Of a stretch of DNA of 64,000 bases, positions 47,901-61,677 are shown piece by piece. The DNA lies in assembly GCA_002633005.1 (NCBI GenBank), contig NMRA01000142.1, forward strand, positions 602,860 through 666,859, read 5' to 3'. The first letter of the stretch is position 1. The number at the start of each line of letters is the position of its first letter. Origin of the DNA: Phoronis australis (Eukaryota; Animalia; Phoronida). The notes beneath the pieces are model-generated. The model saw only the letters and a list, made by a program, of their open reading frames with translations, did no database searches and had not been told where the DNA came from. A program made the translations under genes and the position numbers.

Positions 47901-50900
47901 TTTTTGAATTATGGTGAAAGCCCGTATTGTGTTCTGCACGTCAGTCTTCCATGATGTGTTAAAAATGATTTTTAAAGGATTTTTAGATTAAAGTTTTGTT
48001 TAAAATATACTGTCTTCAAAGTTGATTAAATCTGTTGTACGTTCTCCACTTGACCAAGGTTTACAGCTATTTTAAGTCACGTGACAGTTCAACTTTATTA
48101 TTTACACCTTTTCTTTGTTTACAGACTGCTGCGGTGATAAAAATTGAGACGAGTGACAGGGAATTTTAACAAAGCTAAACCACAGCACTCAAAAAACTTG
48201 GTGAAAAAAGGGGGGAGTGATGTAAATTTTCTTGAGACGTTAATTTCGTGTACTTGTTTGCAGAGTTTTGATGAGCTGTTACAATTGGCCGAAGACGGGG
48301 ACTCGCGTAATGTAGACATGCTTGTTAAGGACATTTACGGGGGAGATTACTCCTCTCTAGGCTTGTCAGCAGACCTGATCGCTAGTAGCTTTGGGAAAGC
48401 AGCAAGAGTGACAGGGGAACCTGGTATGGCTCAGTGCTGACATCAAGTGTTGAAATTCTGTTGTTATCACGGAGAAACCTAATAGCCATACTTCAAGCAT
48501 CACTCACAAAAACTAAGGACAACGCTTTTTGGATGCTATAAAAAGCCAGTAGAAAAAATTCAGATAATGTAGAATACATTTGGTGAACCACATGGGTGTC
48601 TCTTTAACTGCAAATTGGTACTTTAAAAGGGCTTTAAGAAGCCTAGCCACCACGAATACCTTAGTATGGTGTTTTATTTAGAACCCCCTTCAATACAGTC
48701 AACTACTTTTGTTCTTTGTTGTTGCAGTAGTGCAATATTGCGTGCACTATCAGTTGATGAGCGTATACTCGAGTGATTAAATCGTGTTTTCTTATGCTGT
48801 GAAAGTATTGCGGAGACGATCTGAGTAATAAGTCCACTTCATGTAAAAAATTTGAATTAAGTAAGGCTTTATTACTTAGAAGTATTGTTTTATCTATTTA
48901 TTGGACAGTCAACTCGTAGTGCAAGGGCAGTGCTATCTTGACAACGTTATATGGTAGTAAATGTAATCCTTTCTCATTGTTGGTCAGGCTGTGCAATTCA
49001 TCTGGGTCCAGTAATATGAGTGTTGAGTGTTTAGTGATTACTAGTGTATTCTGCTTGATGATTTGTACTCAGGCCATCAGAATGTCGATGAAGCCCAACA
49101 GAATCAAGTTTTGATGTTTCTTCAGTGACCAAAATTGTGCTCTCTAACCACTACACTGGCATCTGCATTACACTCTGTTTCCAAGCCTCATTCTCTTGTA
49201 TGATGTGCCGTGTGACCATGTTGTCTCAATGCGCAGGGCTTGGAATTTTCCTGTTTTAAGAGGATTTCCTCTCTTTTGGTTTCGATTTCCTCTCCAGTTT
49301 CCTCTTTTTTCATCTCTTTTTATAATTTGTTTACTGTATTCATACAAAAACATTTATTCCAGTTAAATTTTACAACAAAACAAAAATAATTCTATCGCAC
49401 AAGCCTATTTATTTGTGGAACGATACATCACACGAATATAAGGGTCTTCAAGGGCAAACTTGAACTAGAAACTCCTATGCATAAACTGTAATGTATTCGA
49501 GCACAGTCTGATAACCAATTATCTTAAGTTCGCACAAAATGAGCAGAGAAATTGCCAAAAATATTTTCGAGTTCGTTTCGAGTACAAAGATTAGAGACCG
49601 GGCCCTGAATGCAACATGCATTAGACTTTTAGTGGGTCATTAGTTAATTGTACTGCTAACCATTCTTACAGAGTCTTTCCGGAAAGAAGATATTGCCAAA
49701 AGTCTGCTGATTGCGATCAGCAATGATGTTGGACAGATTGCCTCCTTGAATGCTAAGCTGCACGGTGTGAAGACGATATACTTTGGGGGGTTTTTCATCC
49801 GAGGTCACCCCCTTACCATGTATACAATAACGTATGCTCTTAACTATTGGTCACAGGTAAGTGGTTTAGGGTAAAGGCGTAGACAAGGTTCACCTGTTGA
49901 AGATTTACAATGTTTAGCTGTAACAACGTGAAGGTATGCATGTCACCTTTGTGATGTGTGTCTTTGGACAAACAACAATATATGTGGTTAAAATTTGAAA
50001 TTTAAGCAACCAACCTCTACTCAGCCTATTGCTAGCAGGTATTGTCAAAGAAATGCTTGGGTGTGTTTTGAATTGTGATTTCATTAAGTGACTGTTTACC
50101 AGCGTATTATAGATAATAAACTTGTTCTCTTGAGATGTCATGACATACCGAGACATTGTCAAAAAGAAACTTCCTGGTTATCTGCCTTTAAAAGGATACT
50201 AAACTCTGTTTTGGTGATTTCAACCAGTCGTTCTGTCACCTGCTAATTCATCATTGGCGTCCCAATTGCGTAATAATAGAAGTGTTGAGCAACAAACCCT
50301 GAGAACTGGATGAGAAGGTTGTTAATGGGCCAAGACCGGGCTCGGTATCTCTTTAACTAATACCAACCAGAGACATGATCTTATCTGGTATTCATTTGTT
50401 GTCAGGGTGAAGTGAAAGCCATGTTCCTTCGTCATGAGGGTTACCTGGGAGCTGTTGGCGCCTTCCTTAGATGTGGTGAGGAGACAGGTACGGATGTCTT
50501 TGACAGGTATCACTATAATGCAAAATGTTGCGAGTTGTCTAAAAATTGACCCGATTTCTGTGATTCATCTGAAATAGCGTGTGGTAAAGGATACCCGTAT
50601 GCATACTGTACAAGTGAAGACTTTCACTGAGCTTTGCATGTAACCTCTTTAGTAATTCAACAAAGTATTATGGCTTTAGTGATTGGCGTTACAATGATCT
50701 TGGCTGCACTAAAGAGGAGAAAATTTTGATAACAATATTGGTTTTCTCGGCTGTTCTGATTATGTGTACATGTCTTGTTATGGTGTTTCAAATGCGTTGC
50801 TTATTACAAATGCGTTGTTTATTACAATTGCGTTGTTTATTACCAGAGACCAAGGTACAGTCTTGGAGTGAGAACTACATCGGCAGCTCCGGTCTACAAA

Positions 50901-53900
50901 GTCCAAGGTCTCGTTCCTTCGGAGCGTTCTCCAAAACTGGATCATCGGTAATTTGCAATAAAACAAGTCTAGTGTTTTTTTTTTGACTTGTGAGTCTTGT
51001 AATATTCGGAGACGAAGGACTCGGGTATTTCACTGGGAGGGTCCAGTGAAATTGCCCCCCCTTCCTGCTCAGCCATTTTGCTGTAGCTACAATGATAGAA
51101 GAGTATCAAGAGCCCTCTCTTTGTTGTTCAACACCCCTTTTGGTCATGTTCCTTGACCTGTCCATCCCAAGATGTTCCGCAGATAGATGCAGGTTGCAGA
51201 AATTGCAGAATTTGTTTCCACAACTTTGAAACAATCACGTGTCTCATGGTTGTCTTTGCAGTTTGACGTGCTTGAGCTAGACTCCATGGACAGTCTGGTG
51301 GTCAAGTGTCCACTCCTGCTGGACCCGACTGGTTATTTCCCAGACACTGTTGACCTGACTCAGGACACAGAGGCTCGCACTTACTGGCTTGACTGCTTCG
51401 AGTCGGCCATTGATAAGGTTTGGGAGAAATTGAAGTCTTGTAATGCGTGAATGTGACGTGCCAGCTGTTGTTGTTTTGAAGTATGTCGCGGAACATTTCT
51501 GTTTTAGATTGGGCAAAATGACGATTTGGTTCTGGTCTGCATGGGCATCAGTTCCAAAGTTGCGCATCGCTACTTAAAAAAAACTGTTGTTAGGTCAGCT
51601 AATTTATAAAAATGGCATTGGTGCACCACATCAGAAGATATCAAGGTGAATTTTTGTAGAAAAGAAAAAGGCATTGCCTCGCCACTTTAGCTGATATCGG
51701 GTAAATTTTTGTATTTGAAAAAAGAAAATATCAACTAAAAAGTACAATATTGACGAATCAATTTTCTTCACTTTTTTGGCCTTGTCAGAAAACATTTAAA
51801 GCAACTTTAAGCCCGTATTTCTACCAAGAAGCAACAGTTTGGTTGATGCCACTTCGCTGTAAAATTTGTCTTGGCTCATTCCTGACTCAGATGAGGGGTG
51901 ATTTCTGGTTTGCAAATATCCGACAGTTTGTTATTTCTTGAGACTTTGCTCAGCACGTATAATGAAGTGCCAAACTTATAGAGCCAGGTCTCAACCAATA
52001 ACAAACCGTCAGTTTTTGGAAGCCCTAAATTTGCCTCCAATTTGACAGTTATCTCTTCGTTGTAGCAGAATATGGCTTCCTTACCTGGGACATGCAGTTT
52101 TGTAGAGTAGTGTAAAACCTACTTAATTTTGTACACTGTAAATTTAATTAAAGGTCCTTGACATCAAAGGTCATTGGTAATTGCACCACTTTGTCTTGCA
52201 AACGTTATTGTCCCTGTAGAAAACTCCCCATGCTTCTAGAACCTTTGAAACAGAGCCTAGCTAGATTAAATCCCAGAGGAGTCGTTATCTCACTATCACG
52301 AGGGAACAAAGCAGGGGTTACATTACTTCTAACCTTCTCGCTAATTAGTGTGACATTTCACAAAATGCTTAATTCCTGTTTAGGCTATCATTGTGATCCC
52401 CCGGATAGCTTATTCACTCTCCATTTTGCAGTTCGTGTCTCAAGCCATTAAAAGTGAGCCGGGATCGCAAGACGCTGAAGTAAGGGCCAACAAGTTCAAG
52501 GAAGAGTATGTGGAGCGATTGCGAAATCTGAAAGGAAATCCCACGTAAGATAATTGACCCTGTGTTGCTATTTTGCGTTTGTCTTTTTGACATGAGTCTC
52601 TTGGGGTGGAGGACGTTGTGATGTTGCTGACTGGCCGTTTCAGCTAAATTTCACCCTGTTCAGCTGGCTAAAACGGAAATCAAGTATATAGGACTTTCAC
52701 TTTAATACAAAAATATCGGTCTCATAATGTTCCTTACTGCCATCTATTGGCCAAATTCTTGCTGATAAACTTAGTAAACGACATTGCATTTTAGCAAAAT
52801 TTTTAAGAAATGTAGATAAGTGATTAATGAAACTGCCGACAGTGTCTAGTTGCAAATATTTTTTTTCTAAATTACGTCTGAAAATTACACGACCATTCAG
52901 AATTTACCAAGCACTAGTTGAGATGATGTGTAATTTTAACTCTTTTGATGAACTTGAAACACGACTGTTCTGGTTATTTTTTATCAAAGCATTGCTGGAT
53001 TGTTTCATTGAATTCTGGACTACTGTAGCTGCTTGGTCCAACCACCTGCCAAGAATTTTGCCTGACTTCCAGCTCATTGAATAGAGACAACCTTTGAGAA
53101 AATAGACCATGTAGTCAGGCCATTACATCAGATAATTTTGGAAGTACAGTAATCCTCCACTGATTTTCCACATAAGTAATTACCAAAAAGATCATTTTCC
53201 ATTTTCAAAGGCTAATTACCTTTTTGTTACTTATGCAAAGTTTCGCAGATGTTGTTTTATGACATTGATGCACTGCAAACTGTCTTGGTATAGATTAAAA
53301 TGTTCTTAATTTTTATTTTTGTGTAGAAATTTGACCAAAGAGAATTTCCCTTGTCGGCCATATTGTTTCCTAAATAAGTGAAGTGTTTATCCTTCGCTAA
53401 AGAGTACTTCTCAGCTGAAGATAAGTGCTCAAAAAGTCACAAGTGGTGGGTCAGTTGCAGAGTGCTGTACCGGTCTGCCGAAATGATACGGAAAGGGTCA
53501 GGAAGGTGTCAAAAAGTGATTGTCATTTTTGGAGATTTTTTTGTTTATCAAAGAAATGTTTTCCTGTAGCTTCTGAATTTTTTCCTCACGCTTTCGTTTT
53601 TGTTAACAGAAATCAGATTTTATTTTGATTCCTTTTTGCAAATCCTGGTATTATGGCAATTTCAGCGCTTTTGGCTCGCTAACTGTTAGAAGTTTACTGG
53701 AGACAAGGGAACATTGTATGCAGGAGTTTCAGTTCATGGATCCTTATCGGCAGGTGGGTGTGTGGCTGTAGATTGTTATCGGCAGGTGGGTGTGTGGCTG
53801 TAGAATGTTATCGTTAGAGTTATGTGACTTGATTTTTTGTGAGTATGTCAAAATTCAATTAAAGCACTTGACTGTTGCCATGTTGGGATGCCAGAGAAAT

Positions 53901-56900
53901 CTTCGAAAATGTCGGATATTCTTAAATGTATTCTGCATTTTAACCAAAGGAAATTCACAGTTTTATTCCTCAGTGGAGAGATCACTAACATTTAGATGAG
54001 GGATTAGATTTTAGTTCGCGAACAATTTGTGTCATTGCCAGTCACTGACGTAGCACGTCGTTTGCAACTACTGCAACTATCAAATTGTCAAGAGCAAGGA
54101 TGAATAGCGCATTCCTGTTCAAGTACTTAACAGTTCAACCATTAAAATCGTATTGAAAATCAAAACCCAGCTTTCATACTCAATGCAGTCTAAATGTTAT
54201 TCTAGTTCTTTAGATTCGTCCACCAACTTTTAATTGTGTTCTTGAAAAAATGTCATCTTTAGTAGCAGAGTTATTTATGTAGGTTGAGTTTGTTCGCTTG
54301 CGTGTAGCTACATGTCGATTTCATTTCAATCTTTTTCAGCAAAAGCAATATGAGAATGAAACTGCTCTTAGATTCTTGGAGAACCACCTGCAGAAAATAG
54401 ACGCCCTCTGTTGGGAAGACCGACAGTTGGCTTTGGTGAAGAATCTGCTCACGGGTAATGTCTTTGACTGGGGTGCCAAGGAGGTAGCTGATCTCTTGGA
54501 GGGGTCCACTTTTGGGTTCGAAGAAGCCCAATCTAAATTACAGGGTGAGGTTTTGTGCCAGAGTTTTAGAGTTAGCACTAATAAAGTTAGTGGGGTGTAA
54601 TCTGACTTACTCAAAGTGCTGTTGCGAGAACTAGAACCGTAATGTAGAGCTTTGTCCAAGTTAAAGAGGAACTTTTACATTCCTAAATGGATTTTTAGTC
54701 AATTTGCACATTTTAGTTTCTATAAAATGTACTTTAAACCTTTATAATTGATTTCCATAAAAATAACATGACTAGTTATAGAAATGGGATAGATTCCAAA
54801 TGAATTATTGGGTATTGTATACCTATTTCAGGTCATTGTTGAAGCAGTTGTAAGACCACCTTCAACTTTCGAAGAAACGTTTAATTTAGACCTCTTGCTA
54901 CTATAAAATCTGCCTCAAGTTGTTCTGTACCCAGGTGAATGATTTGTGGGCTAGATGAGATGTTGCAGGTTCGTCGTGCTTGAGACCATGCAGGGACGTG
55001 AAGTTATTCACCTTGTCAAGCCGATTTATAATACAAATCCGAGAAATCCTTCCTTATCCAATTATGGAATAAGAAGAGACTAATTTTATAATGGTAAATC
55101 TGAAGTTATATTGTGACGGACGGTGGGTTTAACTTTGATGTAGTTGACGCTTCCTGAGACGTTCTAAGGGTCATGGAATACTGAACAGAAATTCTTCGTC
55201 TAATAAGTTATTTACATCTTCGCTATGTTATTATTGCACAGTGTTGTACATAACCATCGAGCTCCTGTCGTTACAGCCCGACCGTGGCTTGTGGATAACT
55301 ACGAACAGTGGTTACAAAGACTACGTGGACCCTGTCATCGGTGTGCTGTGATATTCTGTGATAACAGTGGTATGGATATCATTTTGGGTATCTTCCCCTT
55401 TGCGAGAGAACTACTTTCACGCGGGACAAAGGTGGGTGGCTTGTTGTAGGCATGTCGTTTCTGTTCTAGTTGTTGGCCATGTTTTGCTGTTTGAAAAACT
55501 AGTATATCTCCTCAATTATATGGCAGGTTCATGTGACATTTGATATTTTTGAGAATTAAAGTGTTATGTCACTGAGGAACTGAGTTTTGAAAGAAAGTTT
55601 TTAATTGTTAAAACAGATGCTGAGTGCAAAAACTGTACTTTGTGAAAAGTGGGCTGGTTAGATCTACCCGAAACCCCCTTCACACCTGCTAACGCATATT
55701 GTTGAATGCATCTGAGATGCTGTTGTGCAAATTGGTTGAACACTCTTACACCAGTCTAAGTGTTCTCATTAGGCCAATGAAGTGTAATTATTAGACTGCG
55801 TGCGACTTAAATATCCCCCGTAACAATAATAATTTGAAAATGTGGTGACTCATTAATAATTAATTTTAAAAGAGTTATATAGTCACGCTTCTTACAAAAA
55901 GTCTCTGTTTCGCTTCACAGAAAGTGCTGAATGTCTTTATCAAGCGGCGGAGCTTATTTCTTTGGATAACCTCAGTATTGAAAATGACTATCAATAGAAT
56001 GTTAATTTTCAAAATCCTTATTCACAGGTAATAGTCTGTGCCAACAGTAAACCTGCGTTGAATGATGTCACCTATCCTGAGCTGTGCATACTAACCAAAC
56101 GAATAGCCTCTATATGTCCCGTGATTAGCAAGTGCATCACCTCTGGTCAGCTCGTAGTCATGGAAACGGGTAGTGCCTCACCTTGCCTTGATCTACGGTA
56201 TGTTATGACGGATGTTGGTGGTTTTGATGATTTTCGCTTTGAACTATTTAGACATTGCTGCACATTTCTTTGTCAGTATTTATTTTTCCAACTTTTTAAT
56301 GGCTCATAGCTGCGGATGCTTCAGACTTGAATTGTTTTGTCAATGAATCATTTTTTGTCATGCAACAGTTTTGCTAAAGTTCAGTGCAGTGCACACCAAC
56401 TTTTCTAGACTTCCTTCTCTCTGTGTTTTCACCCTGTAAACATTCCACGTCATTCCTAGTCGCAATGAACGGCTAGTGCAAAGACCCTGATTTTCTGCGA
56501 TAGTGCACAGAATTCAGAGAATTGAAAGTTCAAACAGAATTCACATATTTCAGTAGTAGATACCTTAATTACAGTAAAATTAAAATAATCCATTAAATTC
56601 CGCAATTTCAGCCGCGCACAGTTGTTTTGGTGCAAACATATTTTAAGTTGATGTGCATTCTTTCTGAAGTTGGCACTGGAGAAACAATAAATGTGCAAAT
56701 TATTGATAACACTACAGTTGTGGCATAATTTAGAGGCACATGTTAGGCAATTCCTATATCAGTTTTATGTTATGTCTCACTTTGAAATTAGAAAACAGAA
56801 TTTTGTATTTGCCAAATGATTAAAAGTAGATTTCTCTGTTTTTGAAAATGGAAAATTAGAGTCGCTGATATTCTGACAGTCAGGGAATTCTGGGTAATTT

Positions 56901-57235
56901 TTGTGGTCCTTTTTGGTCTACACTGTTTGCAGACTTGGCCCTTGTAGTTTTTTAATATTTTTCTAAACCAACTGATGAAAACTTGTGTTTGTGACAGGTG
57001 TATTGATGTGAATCTTGCTAAGACAATGGAAGTTGAGAAAGCAGACTTAATAGTTCTGGAAGGAATGGGCCGGGCTGTACACACCAACTACGATGCCAAC
57101 TTTGCCTGCGATGCATTGAAAGTGGCGGTGCTGAAGAACAGATGGTTGGCCAACCATCTGGGCGGTCAGATGTTCAGTGTCATCTTTAAATACGAGCCAT
57201 CAAAAAAAATAGTGTCAGGCAACACCACTAGGTAG
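41978..57235 (+). CDS. PANK4: Pantothenate kinase 4 / 4'-phosphopantetheine phosphatase (type II PanK + DUF89/ARMT1-like domain), 16 exons, 780 aa
   Basis: Exons 41978-42071, 43875-43975, 44671-44888, 45475-45658, 46953-47045, 48264-48423, 49672-49856, 50406-50487, 50847-50947, 51262-51417, 52432-52544, 53666-53753, 54340-54544, 55277-55431, 56028-56197, 56998-57235. All GT-AG and phase-compatible, total 2343 nt with no internal stop. Motifs [94 protein letters not shown]. Confidence 0.97.
42115..42495. mobile_element. TA-flanked MITE in PANK4 intron 1
   Basis: TA[CTGGGTTTTTTCGTAGATAAGCCCAT ... ATGGGCTTATCTATGGAAAACCCCGG]TA, with internal repeats of TAACACCAAA.AAACG and CCCATGGGC. Confidence 0.75.
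46204..46441 (-). mobile_element. Short CAGGG-family MITE copy in PANK4 intron 4
   Basis: TTGAAATTTTCCTGTTTTAAGAGGATTTCCTC... homologous to the reverse complement of 37128-37377. Confidence 0.6.
46986..47182 (+). repeat. 65-bp tandem triplication of the PANK4 exon 5 3' end plus splice donor
   Basis: GGCACMTCCATCGGTGGWGGAACGTTTTGGKGACTTGGCTGTCTTCTCACAAAGGCACAGGTAAG x3, starting at 46986, 47051 and 47116. Confidence 0.95.
47573..48077. repeat. 252-bp direct duplication separated by one N (likely contig-join artefact)
   Basis: 47573-47824 appears identical to 47826-48077, with an N at 47825. Confidence 0.85.
49234..49432 (-). mobile_element. Truncated short CAGGG-family MITE in PANK4 intron 6
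   Basis: CAGGGCTTGGAATTTTCCTGTTTTAAGAGGATTTCCTC..., homologous to 46204-46441. Confidence 0.65.
50789..50843 (+). repeat. 18-bp tandem repeat x3 forming the acceptor tract of PANK4 exon 9
   Basis: CAAATGCGTTGCTTATTA CAAATGCGTTGTTTATTA CAATTGCGTTGTTTATTA, then CCAG|exon. Confidence 0.85.
53744..53813 (+). repeat. 32-bp tandem duplication of the PANK4 exon 12 end plus splice donor
   Basis: TTATCGGCAG|GTGGGTGTGTGGCTGTAGAWTG x2, followed by a partial TTATCG. Confidence 0.9.
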
Positions 57236-58999
57236 CACTGGTTCGTGTCTGCATCTTACTATCTGACAGTTTTTTGTTGGCCAGCACGAAATTGTTAAGT
57301 TTTCTTTAAGGCTCTTTTGTGAGCAAACAGAAATATTGTCTCTAGTGAGGTTTCTTCAATTTACAGCAAAAAATGACAGAATAATGCAATTTTACTCCAT
57401 CAAAGTATTCTACAGAAACAAAATCAATTTTTCTTCAATATTAGCATCGTATAATGTACAGCTGTGGTAAGCTTTTGAAAAGACTATTTCTTCAATTTTG
57501 TTCGAAATTGATGGGACCGCACCCTTTGTTATAAATCTGGAATGCTAAAAGACTGTAGTTCTTGAACTTCTATTTTTCTTCTTGTCCTATTGTTCCTAAG
57601 TCCACTTGCTATGTGCCAGGTTAAACTATTTCATGGGTTGAAACGATATGTTACACATACAATGATTTTGTTTCTGGATATAAGTGATTGTCCAGAAACA
57701 CGCTGATGTAATGTCTGTTCACGTGTTCCCGTAACCAGATCCTAATACCAACAGTCTTCCTTTGCACATAGTGGTTTGAACGCGATTGTGGTATTGCGCA
57801 GTTGACTGTGTAAAGCATCCAGCAGTTGGATGTCTTCACCGGAATATTAACCCATGTGACTGATAGTGCCCAATGGTGGTGCCTATCAGAACGAAGCAAA
57901 GTGCGACGGTCCCAAATTACGCAGTGGCTGTTGAATCTCGTGGCAGTTACCCACAGCGCTGCCACATCCTTCAAGCAATTCTGTTGCCTCATTTTCGCGC
58001 TGTGGGAGTTGCTCATGTTATTAGTTAGTGTCTTGCTTTTTTTCAAGTTTTTGTCTTACATTAATTGTATTTGATCTAATACTAGCAAAATTTTGCTGCT
58101 GTGCTGTGGGTTGCAACTCTGATGGCAAAAAAGCTTGAAAAGTGTGCAGTATTTTATGTTACTGGAATCTGTCAGACATCTAAAACAATGCCAGTGTAAG
58201 AGTGCGTTTTCCTTTATCCAGGGAAATCTAGATCTCTATTCAGTATCTGAAGTGATATCGATAACACCAGATTCTAGTCGATGGATATTTATTGGAACTT
58301 CGTACACAGGAATATACGAATACGCTGCACAATAATACAATACTACAACATCCCCCCAGGGTAGCAAAAGAATAAAAGAAATGGTCATAACTTGAACTGT
58401 CAAGTAGTAGTTACTGATTAGATAAGCATATTATTTGTGTATATTATTAAGCATCCTAATATTCAATTAAGTCCTTGCGCTTGACCCATACGTCGGAGGA
58501 GTGGTGGAAGACGTGGTAATCTAGGGTTATCTTGGTGACATTGTCGATGGGGCATATGTAGTTGAAGGACACATGACTGTCACGATGTGACTTTAATGAG
58601 ACAGTTTAGTAGAAAATAACAACTTTAAAAGAAACAATGTTTAATGAAGTTTCAACATTAAACGAACATTTTACACACAAACACTAATAAGTTTCATAAC
58701 TGGGTCGACCACTCTCGTGTGGCACCCAAACTAACATCACTGAGTAAGAGTCCAACTTATCATTTCACACAGTTCGTGCTCAATCACTTGTGGTCAATGC
58801 CTTTCTTTCAGCAGCCAACTTTGAACACCATCATCTTGCGGTCCCCACTTTGTCCGTTGAATGTCACAAGTCTTTACTGTCAACACAAACGTTCCACTTT
58901 CTCTGAACAGCTTTTAGATAGTACGTCTACACCGTGTTACGGCTGGCTCTTGATTGCCACACCCAGGTCAAACATTTGAATGCACCCAGCCAACACAAC

Positions 59000-59890
59000 A
59001 GTGCATTTACATATAAATGTCCTGGCAACAATCGCTGAACACTTATGCCAGCGACGCAACAGACTATGTTCACAGTTGTCCATTCTTTGCAATGGCCTTG
59101 GTGGGTGTGGACGTCCAATCAGTCAGTGCGACGGCCACCGTAACACATAGCTGGGAAGTGATGCTTGGTGTTACACCTCTCGCAAACGTGGAGGAAAGCG
59201 AGGCAAGATGTTTGGCGTATTTTCGTCAGTGCCTTTTCCCTGTGTCCTGTCTAGCTACAGTACGTACATATTTTGTTCATGTCAGGATGGTGATTCAGGA
59301 AAATGTTTTCTTGGGGTTCTTGGCGTGCATCCTGGTTTGTACAGTAGGTGCTTTTAACTGCGTTGACATGAGTGGGCTCAGCGAGGCATGTGGCGGAGCA
59401 TTTGCCCGCCTCCTTCTCAACAAATAATAGGACTTCTTCCCAGACATTGTGATCTGTTGGAGTCCTCCAATAAGTCGAGCTGGATGCCTTTGAGGGTTAG
59501 GCCTTGGCTCTCGACATCTGTTATCACCGAGTCTGTGTAGTCAACAGGTAGGTTGCAAGACAGACAGGGCAGAGAGTAGTGGAATACATCACCTTGGCCT
59601 CGCACACGGGCAATGGGCACAGAATGCGCGTACTGGCTCGTCGTGGTCTTGGGTCAGCGTGTGCAACTGGGCTCGGGCTACCATCGGGGCCTCTTTACGC
59701 ACTGCCAATTTTTCATGGAAGGCAGTCTCACCTGTGGAGTTATGTCAGGGGCCAACAGTGTTCAAGGAGTTGGATGGTCTTTGTTTTTCCTGTGGTGCTA
59801 GTGGCCTCCACATACTCATCCCATCACGTCAGGAAATGTTGCCAGTTAGTGGAGTTGGATGGCCGGTTGACGTTGTCGATATTGGCTCTG
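59000..59890 (-). mobile_element. Gypsy LTR retrotransposon gag remnant
   Basis: Minus-strand peptides NWQHFLT*WDEYVEAT..TGKTKTIQLLE; ARVRGQGDVFHY..PC.SC...VDYTDSVITD...GL....IQLDLL; double zinc knuckle CTYCS*TGH.....C.AF.HVCERC..KHHFPAMC. Confidence 0.7.
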
Positions 59891-60034
59891 GCAGTAGCGC
59901 TGGGCTGGGCAATGTGGTTGAGGCTATGTATTCTTAAGAGTTCAACTGGTAGTGACACCTCGTTGTTTCCAGTCTCGTAGCTGCACCAGGGTTAGGGACA
60001 CTGTACAGTAGGCATTGTGGGGATTCCTTGTGTT

Positions 60035-60225
60035 GGAGACAAACGTGGGGCTACCAAAAAGACTTACATCAACAAGACTTTTTAAGGTTGTGTGGCTTTT
60101 GTAGCTTGAGTATGTCTTTGAATTCAAAACCTTTGAATTCAGTGTCTACACCTTTATTTCAGTGCAATCCAGTATCACCCTTGTTTTAGAATAAGTCCCT
60201 TTAAAGCATGGCGGCATATTTGCTG
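60035..60225 (-). mobile_element. Harbinger/ISL2EU-type (DDE_Tnp_4) transposase fragment
   Basis: NMPPCFK.....RVILDCTEI ... SKTYSSYKSHTTLKSLV....GSPTFVS. Confidence 0.75.
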
Positions 60226-60579
60226 AACAGTATGATGTACAAAGCATGACTGAGGCTACACAACTACTGACATGCACTGTAAACATAATGTTGGTGGCCA
60301 AGACTAATTAATGTGGTCGCCATGATTAATTACTCTGACAGTCAGTCTAAACAAATACGGGAAGTGGATAATGAGTTCATCATGTTACATTCTCCTCTTT
60401 TTGAAAACAAAATAACATGGTCTTCCTAGATGGATAGTTTGACATTAGGTTTAACCAGACCACGGGATCTTGTAACATATGGCCCACCACAGCCACTATT
60501 AGGCTCCTGTTTATCAAGTGTTTCTGTCTCGTTGCTAGGCAGATTAGTGTCAATGTTTTCGCTAACAGATTCATTAGTT

Positions 60580-61045
60580 TTCATCAAATGTCGACGATTA
60601 CGATGGTAGTTGACTCCATCAGGTGTGGTTGCAATATACGAACGAGTGTCGACTTACTCTGTGACTTAAGCAGGTGTCCATGTCTTGTCTTGTAAAATGC
60701 GGACAGAATCGCTGATGTTCAGTGGTTTGAGAGGTTTACATGCACGATCAAAATATTGTTTTTTTTTTATTTGGCGATTCTCCATTGAGTCACAGATTGA
60801 TAGTTTCACGATCGATGGCTTGAGTTTATCAAGTGTCGCGGGCAAAACAGGGCGTAAGCGGCGTGACTTTAGCAACTCACTCGGCGACTTTCCGTCGATT
60901 ACTGGTGCACTGGGATATTCTAGTATTGCAATGTAGGGGTCACTGCCACTTGCCATTGCCTTGGTCAGTAGACGTTTCGCAGTTTGAACTGTTCTCTCGG
61001 CAAGACCATTCGATTGCGGGTATCGAGGGCTTGACGTATCATGGC
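60580..61045 (-). mobile_element. Gypsy integrase C-terminal remnant
   Basis: TSSPRYPQSNGLAERTVQTAKRLL...DPYIAILEY..AP...KSPSELLKSRRLR...LKPLNISDSVRI...W.PA...RSYI..TPDG..Y.RNRRHL. Confidence 0.85.
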
Positions 61046-61677
61046 TGAAACAGCACCAACAAATTGCAATGTAAGTAATTATTTGTCTGAAGTGCATCAA
61101 CAAGACTTCCTGCTACATTGCTCAACATGTTTTTACTCTATATGAATAAATTATCTTAAATATCTTAATGTACAAATATGAGTCTAATATGCAGAAAAAC
61201 AGCTAAAAGAAAACTTAACCTGCGTATCGATGGAAGCCAACGTCCACATTAACTGCTTCACAGCTAATGGAATGTTTTAAGTGACAGGTTGTCAGTCCAT
61301 TTGGATCCTCGTGAGGCAAGATTTGCTGTAGAGCTATATACATACCTGCTCTTTTGGCTTTTTTGCCACTTTCTTTTTGGGTTCATTTACAACCTTTTCA
61401 GTGGTCTTTCCTGTACGCATTGTCTTTTTTCTATTTTTCATTTCCGCCATCAGTGTTGTTCTGTCCTCTGCACGGAAAGTGATGCATAAATCATTACTTA
61501 TCAATTAATAATCAAGTGTTTTACTTTACATAAAAGTTTTACTTTACATTAAAATCCAATGCTTCAGATCTAAATTTTGCTCTTATACTTTCGGAACACA
61601 TAGAAGCATCTTTAGAGTGTATATATGTACAACTAACTACATAAAGTCAAACAAGCAATAAAAGTTTTATAGTCTTA

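Noticed and set aside
47573-48077. 252-bp direct repeat as a biological duplication or LTR pair
   Set aside because: The copies look identical and abut a single N, the signature of an unmerged contig overlap.
57651-58335. ORFs downstream of the PANK4 stop
   Set aside because: No recognisable motifs; position fits 3' UTR.
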